DNA from: an uncultured Candidatus Saccharibacteria bacterium
GTDB taxonomy: Bacteria; Patescibacteriota; Minisyncoccia; Phycocordibacterales; UBA9973
DNA: 64,000 bases
Assembly: GCA_964398205.1 (NCBI GenBank)
Contig: CAYNLU010000001.1
Span: 417 to 64,416 of the forward strand
Direction of reading: 5' to 3'
Positions within the stretch are counted from its first letter, which is position 1. Every line of letters starts with the position of its first letter. Of this stretch, positions 1 through 9,016 are shown one piece after another. A model generated the notes under the pieces. The model saw nothing but the letters and a program-made list of their open reading frames with translations. It searched no databases and was not told the origin of the DNA. The position numbers were made by a program, and so were the translations under genes.

Positions 1-8
1 TTTATATT

Positions 9-314
9 TTAAACAATCAAATCATACAATTTATTAATTTTACCCAAAGGTATTAAACACTCAGCTCCTATTTCACGATGTTTTATATTAATTTCTTTTT
101 GTAAGTTAGGTTGTAGTATACCTGTTTCAACATCTTTTAAACCAATAGTATAATATTCCTGGTTTATCTGAAAGATAAAAAAAATTTCTCTTTTTATCTT
201 TTCTTCTGTTAATGTTAAAATAGCCTCTTCTTTATAAATAGTTTCGAGTTTTTGGCACCAAGAAATCCACAAATCTTTTTTGCCTTCTTTAATTTTAAAT
301 AAATTCCCTTTCAT
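9..314 (-). CDS. hypothetical protein (101 aa)
   Basis: Intact ORF from the six-frame track. No motif recognised. Confidence 0.35.
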   Translation of the reverse strand: MKGNLFKIKEGKKDLWISWCQKLETIYKEEAILTLTEEKIKREIFFIFQINQEYYTIGLKDVETGILQPNLQKEINIKHREIGAECLIPLGKINKLYDLIV

Positions 315-364
315 TTTTACTATTTAAAAAGAACCTGTAAATCTCATACAGGTTCTTTTGTTAA

Positions 365-826
365 TTAATCGTCATCACCATCATCAATATCATAAGTACA
401 TACACATACTTTTCTATCCCAAATAGATTCGTCGACTACACCGAACAGTTTCTCCATTATAGGAATAGTTGAAAGTAAATAACTAGGCAGTAAAGCATTT
501 CTTTCCTCTTCGTTTTTGGTAGGAGTATGATGAACATATCCTCCCATAACATTTGAACAGAAATCATGATACGATCTTGTGTGTGAAATATGAGCATGAG
601 CAAAATGATCTACTGGAGCAGACATTGGAAATTTTTTACCTTTATTTAAATAAATCATACAAAGATATTTTTTCCATTCAATTTCTAATAATATAAGGTA
701 AGATTCGGCTAAACCTTCCTTATCTTTAATGTGCCCCCTGACATCACTCATATCGGTACTCATAATTCCGGCAAAGACGTTTTTGTCCATACCAACAGGA
801 CAACTAACTGATAAACAACCATTCAT
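365..826 (-). CDS. hypothetical protein, His/Cys-rich with acidic C-terminal tail (DIDDGDDD)
   Basis: 153-aa ORF. The cluster HFAHAHISHTRSYHDFC suggests metal binding. No family assigned. Confidence 0.4.
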   Translation of the reverse strand: MNGCLSVSCPVGMDKNVFAGIMSTDMSDVRGHIKDKEGLAESYLILLEIEWKKYLCMIYLNKGKKFPMSAPVDHFAHAHISHTRSYHDFCSNVMGGYVHHTPTKNEEERNALLPSYLLSTIPIMEKLFGVVDESIWDRKVCVCTYDIDDGDDD

Positions 827-929
827 TTGTTTAAATATTTAAAAAATAAAATAACAATATTGTTATAAATACTATACAAAATTAAATAACATTTGTAAAT
901 ACATACATATGCACTCAAGTTATATCACA

Positions 930-1898
930 TTAAATAAAAAGTAATAAAGAACCTAGGAGCATAAGTATCATTGAAGCAAATTTAATTTTTAAATTTTCTT
1001 TTGAAATATCTTCTTTGATTAATTTTGGCAAAAATTTCGTACCTAAAATAGCGAGGATTAGAACTATTGCTGGCTGGAAACTTCCTACGAGATAAACTAA
1101 AGTTACCGGCGCGAGTAATAAAGCATAATTTGTAAGCAAGTTGCCTGCTATAGTTAAAAACTCACTAAAAATATTTAAAATAAAAATTTTCTTGCCTCCT
1201 GTTTTATTCATAAAATGAAATTCATTGCGATATTTAGGAACAAAAAGATAAATTAAAATCCCAGTAACTCCAAGCCCAATATATTCCCAAAAAGAAGCAA
1301 TCCAGAAATTATTATCTATAGTTACATATTTAAAAATTACTCCTGACACTGCTACTAATAAACAAGCAATAGACATATATAAAACTGGTTTATGCTTTAA
1401 TTTTCTACTTCCTTTTTGCCAATCTATAGATACTAAAGCAACTCCAATCAGTATTATTAAAGAACCTAATAATTCTTTATTAGACAAAGTCTCGCCCAAG
1501 AAAAAATATCCTAAGATATAACCGAAAATAGGTACAGTTAAAAACCAAGGAACAACATTCGAAACCTCTTCTATCTCAAGAGCAAAAAGATAAAACACAA
1601 TCCAAACAATAGTAAGTATTCCAGTAATAAAGAGTAATACCTTATCCCCTAAAGAAATTGAAAATAAATTTGGAGTAAATAAAAATATTAAAACTGCAAT
1701 CAAAATTCCTATTAAACTAGAAAATAAAACTAAACCGCCCGAGCTACGTTCACGTTCTTTCGTAGAAAAATTCGCAACTAAATAGTTATCAAAAATATTT
1801 ACAATTGCCCACAAAAAAGGAGCTCCTAAAGCAATTAAAAACCAATTCATATAAATATGATAACATAAATAAAAATTAGACTCTATTTTAATGTCCAC
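930..1898 (-). CDS. DMT/EamA-family membrane transporter (about 10 TM helices)
   Basis: 322 aa, strongly hydrophobic with repeated TM segments. Two-domain architecture typical of drug/metabolite transporters. Confidence 0.65.
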   Translation of the reverse strand: MDIKIESNFYLCYHIYMNWFLIALGAPFLWAIVNIFDNYLVANFSTKERERSSGGLVLFSSLIGILIAVLIFLFTPNLFSISLGDKVLLFITGILTIVWIVFYLFALEIEEVSNVVPWFLTVPIFGYILGYFFLGETLSNKELLGSLIILIGVALVSIDWQKGSRKLKHKPVLYMSIACLLVAVSGVIFKYVTIDNNFWIASFWEYIGLGVTGILIYLFVPKYRNEFHFMNKTGGKKIFILNIFSEFLTIAGNLLTNYALLLAPVTLVYLVGSFQPAIVLILAILGTKFLPKLIKEDISKENLKIKFASMILMLLGSLLLFI

Positions 1899-2310
1899 TT
1901 ATTCTAGCATTTGCGCGAACCTTTTTCGAGAGCCAAACGGACTAATCGCATACCGTTGCGCTTGCGCGCCTCTGTGCGAAGCACAGAGATTTCCTAAAGG
2001 GAAAGTACGGATATGCGAATACACTGCGGACTCGGTTTTGCGAAGCTATCTTTTCTGGGAAAAGGATTCGCAAAACCTCGGCTGTTTTCCGCGCGCAAGG
2101 AAGGGTCTGGGAGGGAATGCGCGCGGGATTCTCGGCGGGATTTTTGGGGCGGGTAAAAACGAAAAGCAAAACTCAAAACAGAAAATCAAATTGATATTGT
2201 CTCGGCTATTTCTTTTGCTATTGGTTGTCCGAGTCTAAAGGAGATAAGCCCTCGGTATCCGCGTAAGTACACGCGGATACTTTGCCCACCCATGCGCGCA
2301 TGAATTTTGC
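1895..2310 (+). ncRNA. unclassified GC-rich, highly structured element (candidate structured ncRNA; class unknown)
   Basis: About 55% GC and G-rich on the plus strand, inside a roughly 30% GC genome. Several perfect nested helices are visible: CUCUGUGC-GAA-GCACAGAG (1969-1987); GGUUUUGCG...CGCAAAACC enclosing CUUUUC-UGG-GAAAAG (2034-2077); CCGCGCGCA...UGCGCGCGG (2090-2126); AUCCGCGU-AAGUAC-ACGCGGAU (2259-2280). Overlapping antisense ORFs without protein-like features argue against coding. Confidence 0.35.
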
Positions 2311-2313
2311 TCC

Positions 2314-3414
2314 CTAATTAATCCAAATATTTATATCTATTTTTTCTCCAACAATTTGCTCAAAATAAGTTGCTCCTATAGCAATACCAACAGAGGTTAG
2401 ATTTAAATGCTTTAAATTTTTATCCCAAATTTCAAAAACCTTTTTCCCAACATTAATCTTATCTTCAATTTCTTTTCTTACCTCGCCAGTAGATTTAATT
2501 TTATTTTCAAACAGACTCTTTATTTTAGTTCCAATATCAGGTTCAATGGATTCTTTTTTAATGTAATCCTCAATAGAATTTTTATTTCTAAATCGAATAG
2601 ACAAGTTTTCCTTTTCATTTTTACCAATAACTTTTACCTTTAGATCTTCGGGGAGTGAAAGATTATTAATTTCTTCTTCACTTATATCGTTCTGAAACAA
2701 AAAGGAATATTCTTGCTGATAAATCTGATCAAGATTCCATGATCCTATCCCAATACTTCCACACCCCGCATATTCTATATGCTGAAATTGAGAATCTGTA
2801 TTATTAAAATCTATAAAAGGTGATATATTTTTTGCGAAGTAGTTTTTAAATGCGTCCCAAGAGTTGATGTTTAAAAAAGAGACATATCTTAATAAGTAAC
2901 AAAGTGTAATAATTTTTAATTGATCAGAAGTAATTTTACCAATTGTCGTTATTGCCTCATTGTAAACAATATTCTTTAATTCTTCTTTTCCACTTTGGTC
3001 GTTCTTTATGCGGTTTATAACTAAGTCTGCTAATACTGCTCTAAGGTCAGGATTTTGTTTGCGTCCGCTAATAGTCGCAGCTTCCAATAAAGCCATTTGC
3101 GTATCAGGTTCTTTTAGTTTTAAAATTTCTTCTTCTGGCAGAGTAGCTAACTTCTCTTTAAGAATATTTCCAAACTCTTGAGTCCTAAGTCGGTATTCAT
3201 CCTTCGCTTCATTTTTAAAAACCATTAATTTTTGATCAATAACAGACTCGACTAAATCTTTTGCTTCTGTATATGAAAGCCCTTGATAAATAACCGCTTT
3301 ATCAATTTTATTTTCTATCTCCTGGTTAATTTTTACTGTCGGCGAATTAACCTTTTCAGATTTTACACTGATGTTAAATTTGCCAATTATATTTTTAAAC
3401 CAAGATAAATCCAT
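2314..3414 (-). CDS. hypothetical protein (366 aa), third gene of a three-gene operon
   Basis: Intact ORF separated from the upstream gene by a 3-nt gap. No confident family. Confidence 0.55.
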   Translation of the reverse strand: MDLSWFKNIIGKFNISVKSEKVNSPTVKINQEIENKIDKAVIYQGLSYTEAKDLVESVIDQKLMVFKNEAKDEYRLRTQEFGNILKEKLATLPEEEILKLKEPDTQMALLEAATISGRKQNPDLRAVLADLVINRIKNDQSGKEELKNIVYNEAITTIGKITSDQLKIITLCYLLRYVSFLNINSWDAFKNYFAKNISPFIDFNNTDSQFQHIEYAGCGSIGIGSWNLDQIYQQEYSFLFQNDISEEEINNLSLPEDLKVKVIGKNEKENLSIRFRNKNSIEDYIKKESIEPDIGTKIKSLFENKIKSTGEVRKEIEDKINVGKKVFEIWDKNLKHLNLTSVGIAIGATYFEQIVGEKIDINIWIN

Positions 3415-3417
3415 AAA

Positions 3418-4284
3418 TTAAAAGTAAATTTTATTTATTTGATGACCAGTATGTTCATTATCGTAATTTTTGACAATAATTCTATCTCCAGTTTTTTCTA
3501 TTTGAATATTAGACTTGTAATCAGAGTCAATATTTTTATTAAAATCAAACATACTAAACTCATGGACATTAAATTCTAACTTGGGTTCAAATGAAACAAG
3601 TTCAGCTGGAAAATCTATAGAATTTACTTTTTCAATGTCATTAAAAGTTTCCCTCACATCTAAATCTCTTCTTTGTTTTTCTCTTTGATTAAAAAACATA
3701 ATAAGTTCTTGTGGCTTTTGTAAAACTGCCTTAAGACCATCTGTCATCAAGAGATCTTTTTTAAGTCGTAGAGATAAACCTGATTTACTTACATAATAAA
3801 TTGAATCTCTGCCTTGTCCAGCATAGGAATTAAGTTGGTCATAATATTCCGATTCTGAAGCATCACCTTTAAAGTTAAAATCGTGATACTGACTAAGTAC
3901 AAAGGCATGATTAGTGCTAAACTTATGTTTCCATATTTCTTTACTTTCAATATATTGGACTAATTTCTCAAACTGGTCATTAGTAAAATCAATGTCCCCC
4001 TGATTGGCTTCATATTGTGATTCTCTTTTTATCTTCCGCCTTAAGGTAGAAGCATCATCCTCAGACAAAGAATTGATGGTCTTGTTTAACTCTTCAGTTT
4101 TCATTTCTTCAATCTCGGTGGCTGTAAAATTATGATTTGAACGTGCATAAGTACTGTCATCAGAGTAACTTTCTTTTGAAAGTTGTTCCAAAAATGAAAA
4201 AATATCTTGAACAGACCGAAGTTCTTCTTTTGGAATTTCAATATGCTTTTCAAAATTATTAAATTGTGGTTTTTCTAAATTCAT
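3418..4284 (-). CDS. hypothetical protein (288 aa), second gene of a three-gene operon
   Basis: Intact ORF, 4-nt gap to the upstream gene. Acidic and polar, no known motif. Confidence 0.55.
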   Translation of the reverse strand: MNLEKPQFNNFEKHIEIPKEELRSVQDIFSFLEQLSKESYSDDSTYARSNHNFTATEIEEMKTEELNKTINSLSEDDASTLRRKIKRESQYEANQGDIDFTNDQFEKLVQYIESKEIWKHKFSTNHAFVLSQYHDFNFKGDASESEYYDQLNSYAGQGRDSIYYVSKSGLSLRLKKDLLMTDGLKAVLQKPQELIMFFNQREKQRRDLDVRETFNDIEKVNSIDFPAELVSFEPKLEFNVHEFSMFDFNKNIDSDYKSNIQIEKTGDRIIVKNYDNEHTGHQINKIYF

Positions 4285-4288
4285 AAAA

Positions 4289-4882
4289 TTATTTTTTATT
4301 CTTTCCCAAATATAAATTTCTTTCTTTCAATACAAAATTCCAATAATCGGGAATGAACTCTTGATTGCATCTTGATAGGAAATCCCCGAAAAACTTTCTC
4401 GATTCAGGAGTATCTTTTGCTAAATATTCTTTTAATTTTTCTTCACCTAGTTCGTCAAATATCTTATTATCTTTCAAAACTCTAAGCGCCGTTGAAACGT
4501 GAACCCCAGGACGAAGATCGGTGGTAAATTTATTCTCTTTTCTCCCGTTAAAAGCTAATTGCCAAATATAATGTCTAAATTCTTTTCCGTCTAACTTTCG
4601 CATCCAGTCGTAAGTATAAAAAGCTTTTTGTCCTTCTTTTAAATTAGTACGATCTAAGTTTGCGTATTCACCGCGATCGTCTGTAGAGCTTAATACTATT
4701 TTTTGATTACTTTGATCAAAATGATAGTCAGATTGCCCACAAAGATCTCCGTGCCCAGTTAAATTGCCATTTATCGATACAACGTATTGAAAATTAGGAT
4801 TTGTTTTAACAAGATCAAGCATCTTTTTAACCCTTTCCTTTTCTAAATTATTTTCATTATTTTCCGGTAATTTTTCGTACAT
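4289..4882 (-). CDS. hypothetical protein (197 aa), first gene of a three-gene operon
   Basis: Intact ORF directly downstream of tRNA-Ile. Motifs GHGDLCGQSDYHFD and STDDRGEY suggest an enzymatic fold, but none could be assigned. Confidence 0.55.
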   Translation of the reverse strand: MYEKLPENNENNLEKERVKKMLDLVKTNPNFQYVVSINGNLTGHGDLCGQSDYHFDQSNQKIVLSSTDDRGEYANLDRTNLKEGQKAFYTYDWMRKLDGKEFRHYIWQLAFNGRKENKFTTDLRPGVHVSTALRVLKDNKIFDELGEEKLKEYLAKDTPESRKFFGDFLSRCNQEFIPDYWNFVLKERNLYLGKNKK

Positions 4883-4919
4883 AAAAAAAATTAATAATTT
4901 TTAATAAAATTAAACAATG

Positions 4920-4993
4920 TCCGCCCTCTTGGACTCGAACCAAGGACACTTCGAGTATAAGTCGAATGCTCTACCAACTGAGCTAAGGGCGGA
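4920..4993 (-). tRNA. tRNA-Ile (anticodon UAU)
   Basis: Full cloverleaf on the minus strand: acceptor CCGCCCU/AGGGCGG, D-arm GCUC-AGUUGGUA-GAGC, anticodon arm UUCGA-CUUAUAC-UCGAA, 5-nt variable loop, T-arm CUUGG-UUCGAGU-CCAAG, discriminator A. CCA is not encoded. Confidence 0.8.
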
Positions 4994-5651
4994 TTTTAGA
5001 AATTACTGATAAATATTTTAAGGAAGTTAAAATATATTCATATAAATCTCTATTATTAAATATTACGGAGCAAGTTCCTTTACCGAAACCTTTTTGATAA
5101 TTCAAGCTTTTTTTAATACTTTTCTTAACATAAGGCTTATAAAACTGCTCTTTATCTATTCTAAGCTCTTTTTGCCAAAAATCAATAGCTTCATCAATAT
5201 TCATGTCTTGATATAGATGAAGTTTAATTCTTAGGTGAGATTTTTTAACTTTAAATAATTCTAGCCATCTAAGAAAAAATTTAATCATGTTTGGATTGGT
5301 ATTCGTAAATTCAACAGAACAATTTTTAGTTTTTGTCCCTTCTCCCCAATACAAAAATAAACCTGATATGAATAAATCTCTTTTTGATAATTTTCCTATA
5401 TCTTTTGAAACTTTCTTAAAAACTTGATCCAATCTAGCTTCTTTTTTAGCTTTCATGGTATTCCTAAATCTTTCAATTCTAATAGGATTATCATCTCTCA
5501 ATATTTTAATACGTGCATCAGACAAGGGCATATCAGAAAGCCAATTACTCAAAGTACTTTTACTTATTTTTAGACTATCTTTTATTTGACTATAACTCAT
5601 ACCTTTCTTACGCATGGTTATAGCTTTTTGTTTATCTAATTTTCTTGCCAT
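4983..5651 (-). CDS. HTH-domain protein with a LAGLIDADG-like motif (putative homing-endonuclease-like DNA-binding protein)
   Basis: N-terminal resolvase/Hin-like HTH (GMSYSQIKDSLKISKSTLSNWL). Central LFISGLFLYWGEGTK resembles the LAGLIDADG motif. The 3' end overlaps the tRNA by about 10 nt. Confidence 0.5.
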   Translation of the reverse strand: MARKLDKQKAITMRKKGMSYSQIKDSLKISKSTLSNWLSDMPLSDARIKILRDDNPIRIERFRNTMKAKKEARLDQVFKKVSKDIGKLSKRDLFISGLFLYWGEGTKTKNCSVEFTNTNPNMIKFFLRWLELFKVKKSHLRIKLHLYQDMNIDEAIDFWQKELRIDKEQFYKPYVKKSIKKSLNYQKGFGKGTCSVIFNNRDLYEYILTSLKYLSVISKIRP

Positions 5652-5715
5652 AAATACGAACCTACAAATTACTACTATATAAATAGTATACCATAGTTCA
5701 TATATCTAATTATAG

Positions 5716-7599
5716 TTACACTGCTTTAAATTCCTCAGATTTTTTCGGGACGATTCCAAAAGAAGAAATAAGCTCATCGTATTCGGCTTGCTCTAAAGTT
5801 TCTACTTCAATCAATTTCTTTGCGATAGCATCTAAGACTTCTTTTTTATCTTTTAGAACTTGCTCTGCTTTTTCTAATGCTTCGTGAATAATCTTTGAAA
5901 CTTCATTATCTATACTTTTCGCAACTTCTTCAGAGTAAGGCTTTTCGTCATTATTCCGTCCGATATATGCAATAGGTCCGATAACGTTAGACATACCCCA
6001 ACGTGTGACCATAGCGCGAGCCATATTAGTCGCAACTTGCAAATCTGAAGAAGGACCAGTAGTCAAATCTCCGAAAATCATTTTCTCGGCAACGTAACCT
6101 CCGAGAGACATAGCGATATCATCTTGGAATTCTTTACGAGATTGCAATTTTCTATCTTCTAGAGGAAGCTTCAAAGTATATCCTCCTGCAGATCCACGAG
6201 AAATAATCGAAACTTTATGCACAGGATCCGCATCAGGCAAAACCGAAGCCACAAGAGCGTGACCTGCTTCGTGATAAGCAGTTATTTCTTTTTCCTTTTT
6301 AGAAAGCAAATGACTCTTGCGTTCAGGTCCGAGCATAACTTTTTCGATAGCTTTTATCAAGTCTAATTGCGCAACCTTTTTCCTATCTTCACGAGCAGCA
6401 AGTATAGCTCCTTCATTCATCACAGAATATAAATCCGCCCCTGAAAATCCAGGAGTTCGTTCTGCTATAACTCGCAAATTTACATCCGCCTCTAAAGGCT
6501 TTTTCATAGAATGAATTTTAAGAATCTCTTCACGGTCATTACGATCAGGTAAATCTAAAGTTACCTTACGATCAAAACGTCCTGGGCGAACGAGTGCCGG
6601 ATCAAGTACGTCAGCTCGATTAGTCGCTGCCATAACGATAACTTTATCAGTCGGCTCGAAACCATCCATCTCAACTAAGATTTGATTTAAAGTTTGTTCA
6701 CGTTCATCATTACCTCCCCCTACTCCAGTTCCACGTACGCGTCCAATAGCATCTATCTCATCTACGAATATTATCGACGGAGATGCACGCTTTGCCATCT
6801 TGAAAAGATCTCGCACACGAGAAGCTCCAACTCCTACGAACATCTCCACGAATTCAGATCCTGAAAGATGAAAGAAAGGCACTCCTGCTTCCCCTGCTAC
6901 AGCTCGCGCAAGCATAGTTTTACCTGTACCTGGAGCACCGGTAAGCATAACTCCTTTAGGGATACGAGCTCCGATATCTAAGAACTTTTTAGGACTTTTT
7001 AAGAAATCTACTATCTCTCCAAGCTCTTCTTTAGCTTCTTTGGCTCCGGCTACGTCTTTAAAGGTAACGCGATTATTCTTATCATTTGGGTCTGTGATAC
7101 GAGCTTTAGATTGACCGAAAGTAAAAGCTTGCATACCTTGCCCTTTGACTTGACGAGAAAGATACCAAAAGAAAAATACAATAAATAATATAGGTAAAAG
7201 AAAAGGTAAAATATTTAATAAAACTACCATAAATCCGCTAGGATTTTTAACTTCGATATTTACGTTTTGAAGAGCAGTCTTATCTACTCCTAATTCGGAA
7301 AAGGTTTGAGAAAGCGATGCTTCAGCTTCTTTTTTAGTTTTTTTGATTTCTTCATTCAAGAAAACAGCTTCGATTTCTTCACCTTCTACTTTAATACTTT
7401 TAACTTGATTAGTAGATACAGCGTTTGCTAATTCAGAGATTGAGATTTCGGTAGTCTTTTTATTCTCTCCACTAATAGCGAGATAAAGAGCGGTCAAGAT
7501 CATCATAATCAAAATAGTAGAAACTATTGAAGATGATAAAGATCCTTCACTTTTTTTCTTTTTTTTATTACCCTTTTCATTTAAAAAATTTAAATTCAT
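5716..7599 (-). CDS. ftsH: ATP-dependent zinc metalloprotease FtsH
   Basis: N-terminal TM region, AAA+ Walker A GAPGTGKT, second region of homology, and protease HEAGHALV zinc motif. Confidence 0.95.
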   Translation of the reverse strand: MNLNFLNEKGNKKKKKSEGSLSSSIVSTILIMMILTALYLAISGENKKTTEISISELANAVSTNQVKSIKVEGEEIEAVFLNEEIKKTKKEAEASLSQTFSELGVDKTALQNVNIEVKNPSGFMVVLLNILPFLLPILFIVFFFWYLSRQVKGQGMQAFTFGQSKARITDPNDKNNRVTFKDVAGAKEAKEELGEIVDFLKSPKKFLDIGARIPKGVMLTGAPGTGKTMLARAVAGEAGVPFFHLSGSEFVEMFVGVGASRVRDLFKMAKRASPSIIFVDEIDAIGRVRGTGVGGGNDEREQTLNQILVEMDGFEPTDKVIVMAATNRADVLDPALVRPGRFDRKVTLDLPDRNDREEILKIHSMKKPLEADVNLRVIAERTPGFSGADLYSVMNEGAILAAREDRKKVAQLDLIKAIEKVMLGPERKSHLLSKKEKEITAYHEAGHALVASVLPDADPVHKVSIISRGSAGGYTLKLPLEDRKLQSRKEFQDDIAMSLGGYVAEKMIFGDLTTGPSSDLQVATNMARAMVTRWGMSNVIGPIAYIGRNNDEKPYSEEVAKSIDNEVSKIIHEALEKAEQVLKDKKEVLDAIAKKLIEVETLEQAEYDELISSFGIVPKKSEEFKAV

Positions 7600-7664
7600 A
7601 GCTATATGATAGCATAAAAAGTGTTAAAAACGAATAAAAAATAAAAATATGATAGAATCAATAT

Positions 7665-8108
7665 GTGAGTAGTTATATAGAAAACCGCAAAGCATATTTT
7701 GACTATGAAGTCCTCGAAAAATACGAAGGCGGTTTAGAATTACTCGGAACTGAAGTGAAATCTATCCGTAAAGGTAAAGCTTCCCTGCAAGGATCATTTA
7801 TCATCGTACGCGGAGGTGAGGTTTTCCTAATTAATGCAAATATCCAACCTTATCAAGTAAATAATATAGATAAAGATTACGATACTTTAAGGAATCGCAA
7901 AATCCTTTTAACTAAAAAAGAAATCCGAGAATTAGTAGAGACTGACCAAAATAAAAGTTTGACAATAGTACCTTTAGCCTTGTATAATAAAGGACGCAAA
8001 ATCAAAATAGAGATTGCAGTCGTTCGCGGTAAAAAGAAATTCGACAAAAGAGAAAGTATTAAGAAACGAGAAACCGATCGGATTATCAGACGCGAATACA
8101 AGAGGTAG
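7665..8108 (+). CDS. smpB: SsrA-binding protein SmpB
   Basis: Sequence NRKAYFDYEVLEKYEGGLELLGTEVKSIRKGKASLQGSF is typical SmpB. It sits immediately upstream of the tmRNA. Confidence 0.9.
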   Translation: MSSYIENRKAYFDYEVLEKYEGGLELLGTEVKSIRKGKASLQGSFIIVRGGEVFLINANIQPYQVNNIDKDYDTLRNRKILLTKKEIRELVETDQNKSLTIVPLALYNKGRKIKIEIAVVRGKKKFDKRESIKKRETDRIIRREYKR

Positions 8109-8128
8109 TTTTTTGAAAATTGTAAATT

Positions 8129-8511
8129 GGGGATGCAAGGCATAGACAAGAGCCGTATTTATTTATGCATACCGAGATGGATTCTCTCGTAAACTAATCC
8201 AAAGCCTAATTGCAAAATTAGCATCTAAGGTAAAAGTAGCTTCTCCATACTTCAGTATGAAGAACTTTGCTTTTGCTCCAGCTTTCGCTTAAGGAAGCCG
8301 GTGTCAGTTTTATAGACTTCCGATATATAAAAACTGGCAACATTTATCGGGATAAGAAATATATTGCCGAATATGTTTACGAAAATTTAGGCTCGATTAA
8401 AAAATATTTTGCTTATTTAATAATTTTTTAATCTAAAACGATAAATATGCTAAGTATGTAGATTTAAATGAAGAAACCTTTTGCACGGGGGTTCGATTCC
8501 CCCCTTCTCCA
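8129..8511 (+). ncRNA. ssrA: tmRNA (SsrA)
   Basis: 5' GGGGAUGCAAGGCAUAGAC resembles the tmRNA 5' end and D-loop analogue. The 3' tRNA-like domain is GGGGG-UUCGAUU-CCCCC plus acceptor CUUCUCC-A. An internal tag ORF ends ...NFAFAPAFA-UAA (8281-8292). The smpB-ssrA linkage supports the call. Confidence 0.75.
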
Positions 8512-8943
8512 CAAAATAAAAAACCACTTTGTACTTTTACTTAGGTGGTTTTTTGTTTTTTCAATTTAATAACTTTAATAATTATTTTTGATTTAAAAAT
8601 ATAAATCAAGACTATTTTTACCTTAAATAAGAATTTTGGAGTAAAAAGTTTTTTTATTAAAAAAGTTACTAATTGCTCAGTTGAGTTCCTGTTAGGATCT
8701 AAATCTACAATATACTCATATACCGTAAACTCTAAAGTATCTCGAATTGATTTAATTATTTTTCTCATTTCCAAGAACAATTTGATACAAATCCTAGTAT
8801 AGCAAAATGTATAAAAATACGAAGATAACCCTTCATAAAGTTATCCACAGGTTAAAGGTTTTAAGTATTGATTCTATATATAAAAGGAGTATATTAATAC
8901 TTATATTAGTTCTTTCAAAAGACTTGTGAAAGTTAGGTTGTTG

Positions 8944-8980
8944 GATTCGTTTTAAGCTTATATCGAGCTTAAAACGAATC
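8944..8980. repeat. 15-bp perfect inverted repeat (GATTCGTTTTAAGCT / AGCTTAAAACGAATC) with a 7-nt spacer
   Basis: Seen directly in the sequence, about 37 nt upstream of the 9017 ORF and its GGAG Shine-Dalgarno. Confidence 0.6.
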
Positions 8981-9016
8981 TAATAACTTTCTTAACTTTT
9001 TTAAAACACGGAGATA

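Noticed and set aside
365-826. Peptide deformylase or QueD-like identity for the His/Cys-rich protein
   Set aside because: A GCLS fragment and His clusters are present, but the motif order and spacing do not match PDF (motifs 1-3) or 6-pyruvoyl-tetrahydropterin synthase. It is left as hypothetical.
1891-2238. ORFs of 115, 75 and 60 aa (both strands) inside the GC-rich element
   Set aside because: They overlap each other antisense. Their composition is Arg/Ala/Gly-skewed, typical of GC-rich non-coding sequence, and there is no RBS. The extensive nested helices are better explained as structured RNA or DNA.
1895-2310. Assignment of the GC-rich element as RNase P RNA
   Set aside because: There are partial matches to CR-I (GGGAAAGUACGG, plus strand) and to the GGCUUAUC P4 3'-strand motif (minus strand). 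They lie on opposite strands and in the wrong order. No consistent P4 pairing could be built by eye. It is left unclassified pending a covariance-model scan.
6317-6514. 65-aa plus-strand ORF inside ftsH
   Set aside because: It is antisense to a highly conserved coding region and is a spurious ORF.
7877-8149. 90-aa minus-strand ORF overlapping smpB and the tmRNA 5' end
   Set aside because: It is antisense to smpB, low-complexity and spurious.
8481-8511. Stand-alone tRNA suggested by the GGGGGUUCGAUUCCCCC T-arm
   Set aside because: There is no matching 5' acceptor or D-arm within 90 nt. The matching GGGGAUG acceptor lies 380 nt upstream, just after smpB, and a tag ORF is present. It is therefore the tRNA-like domain of tmRNA.
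8541-8780. 79-aa minus-strand ORF after the tmRNA
   Set aside because: It is a low-complexity Ile/Lys-rich translation of AT-rich intergenic DNA with no RBS. It is probably not a gene.
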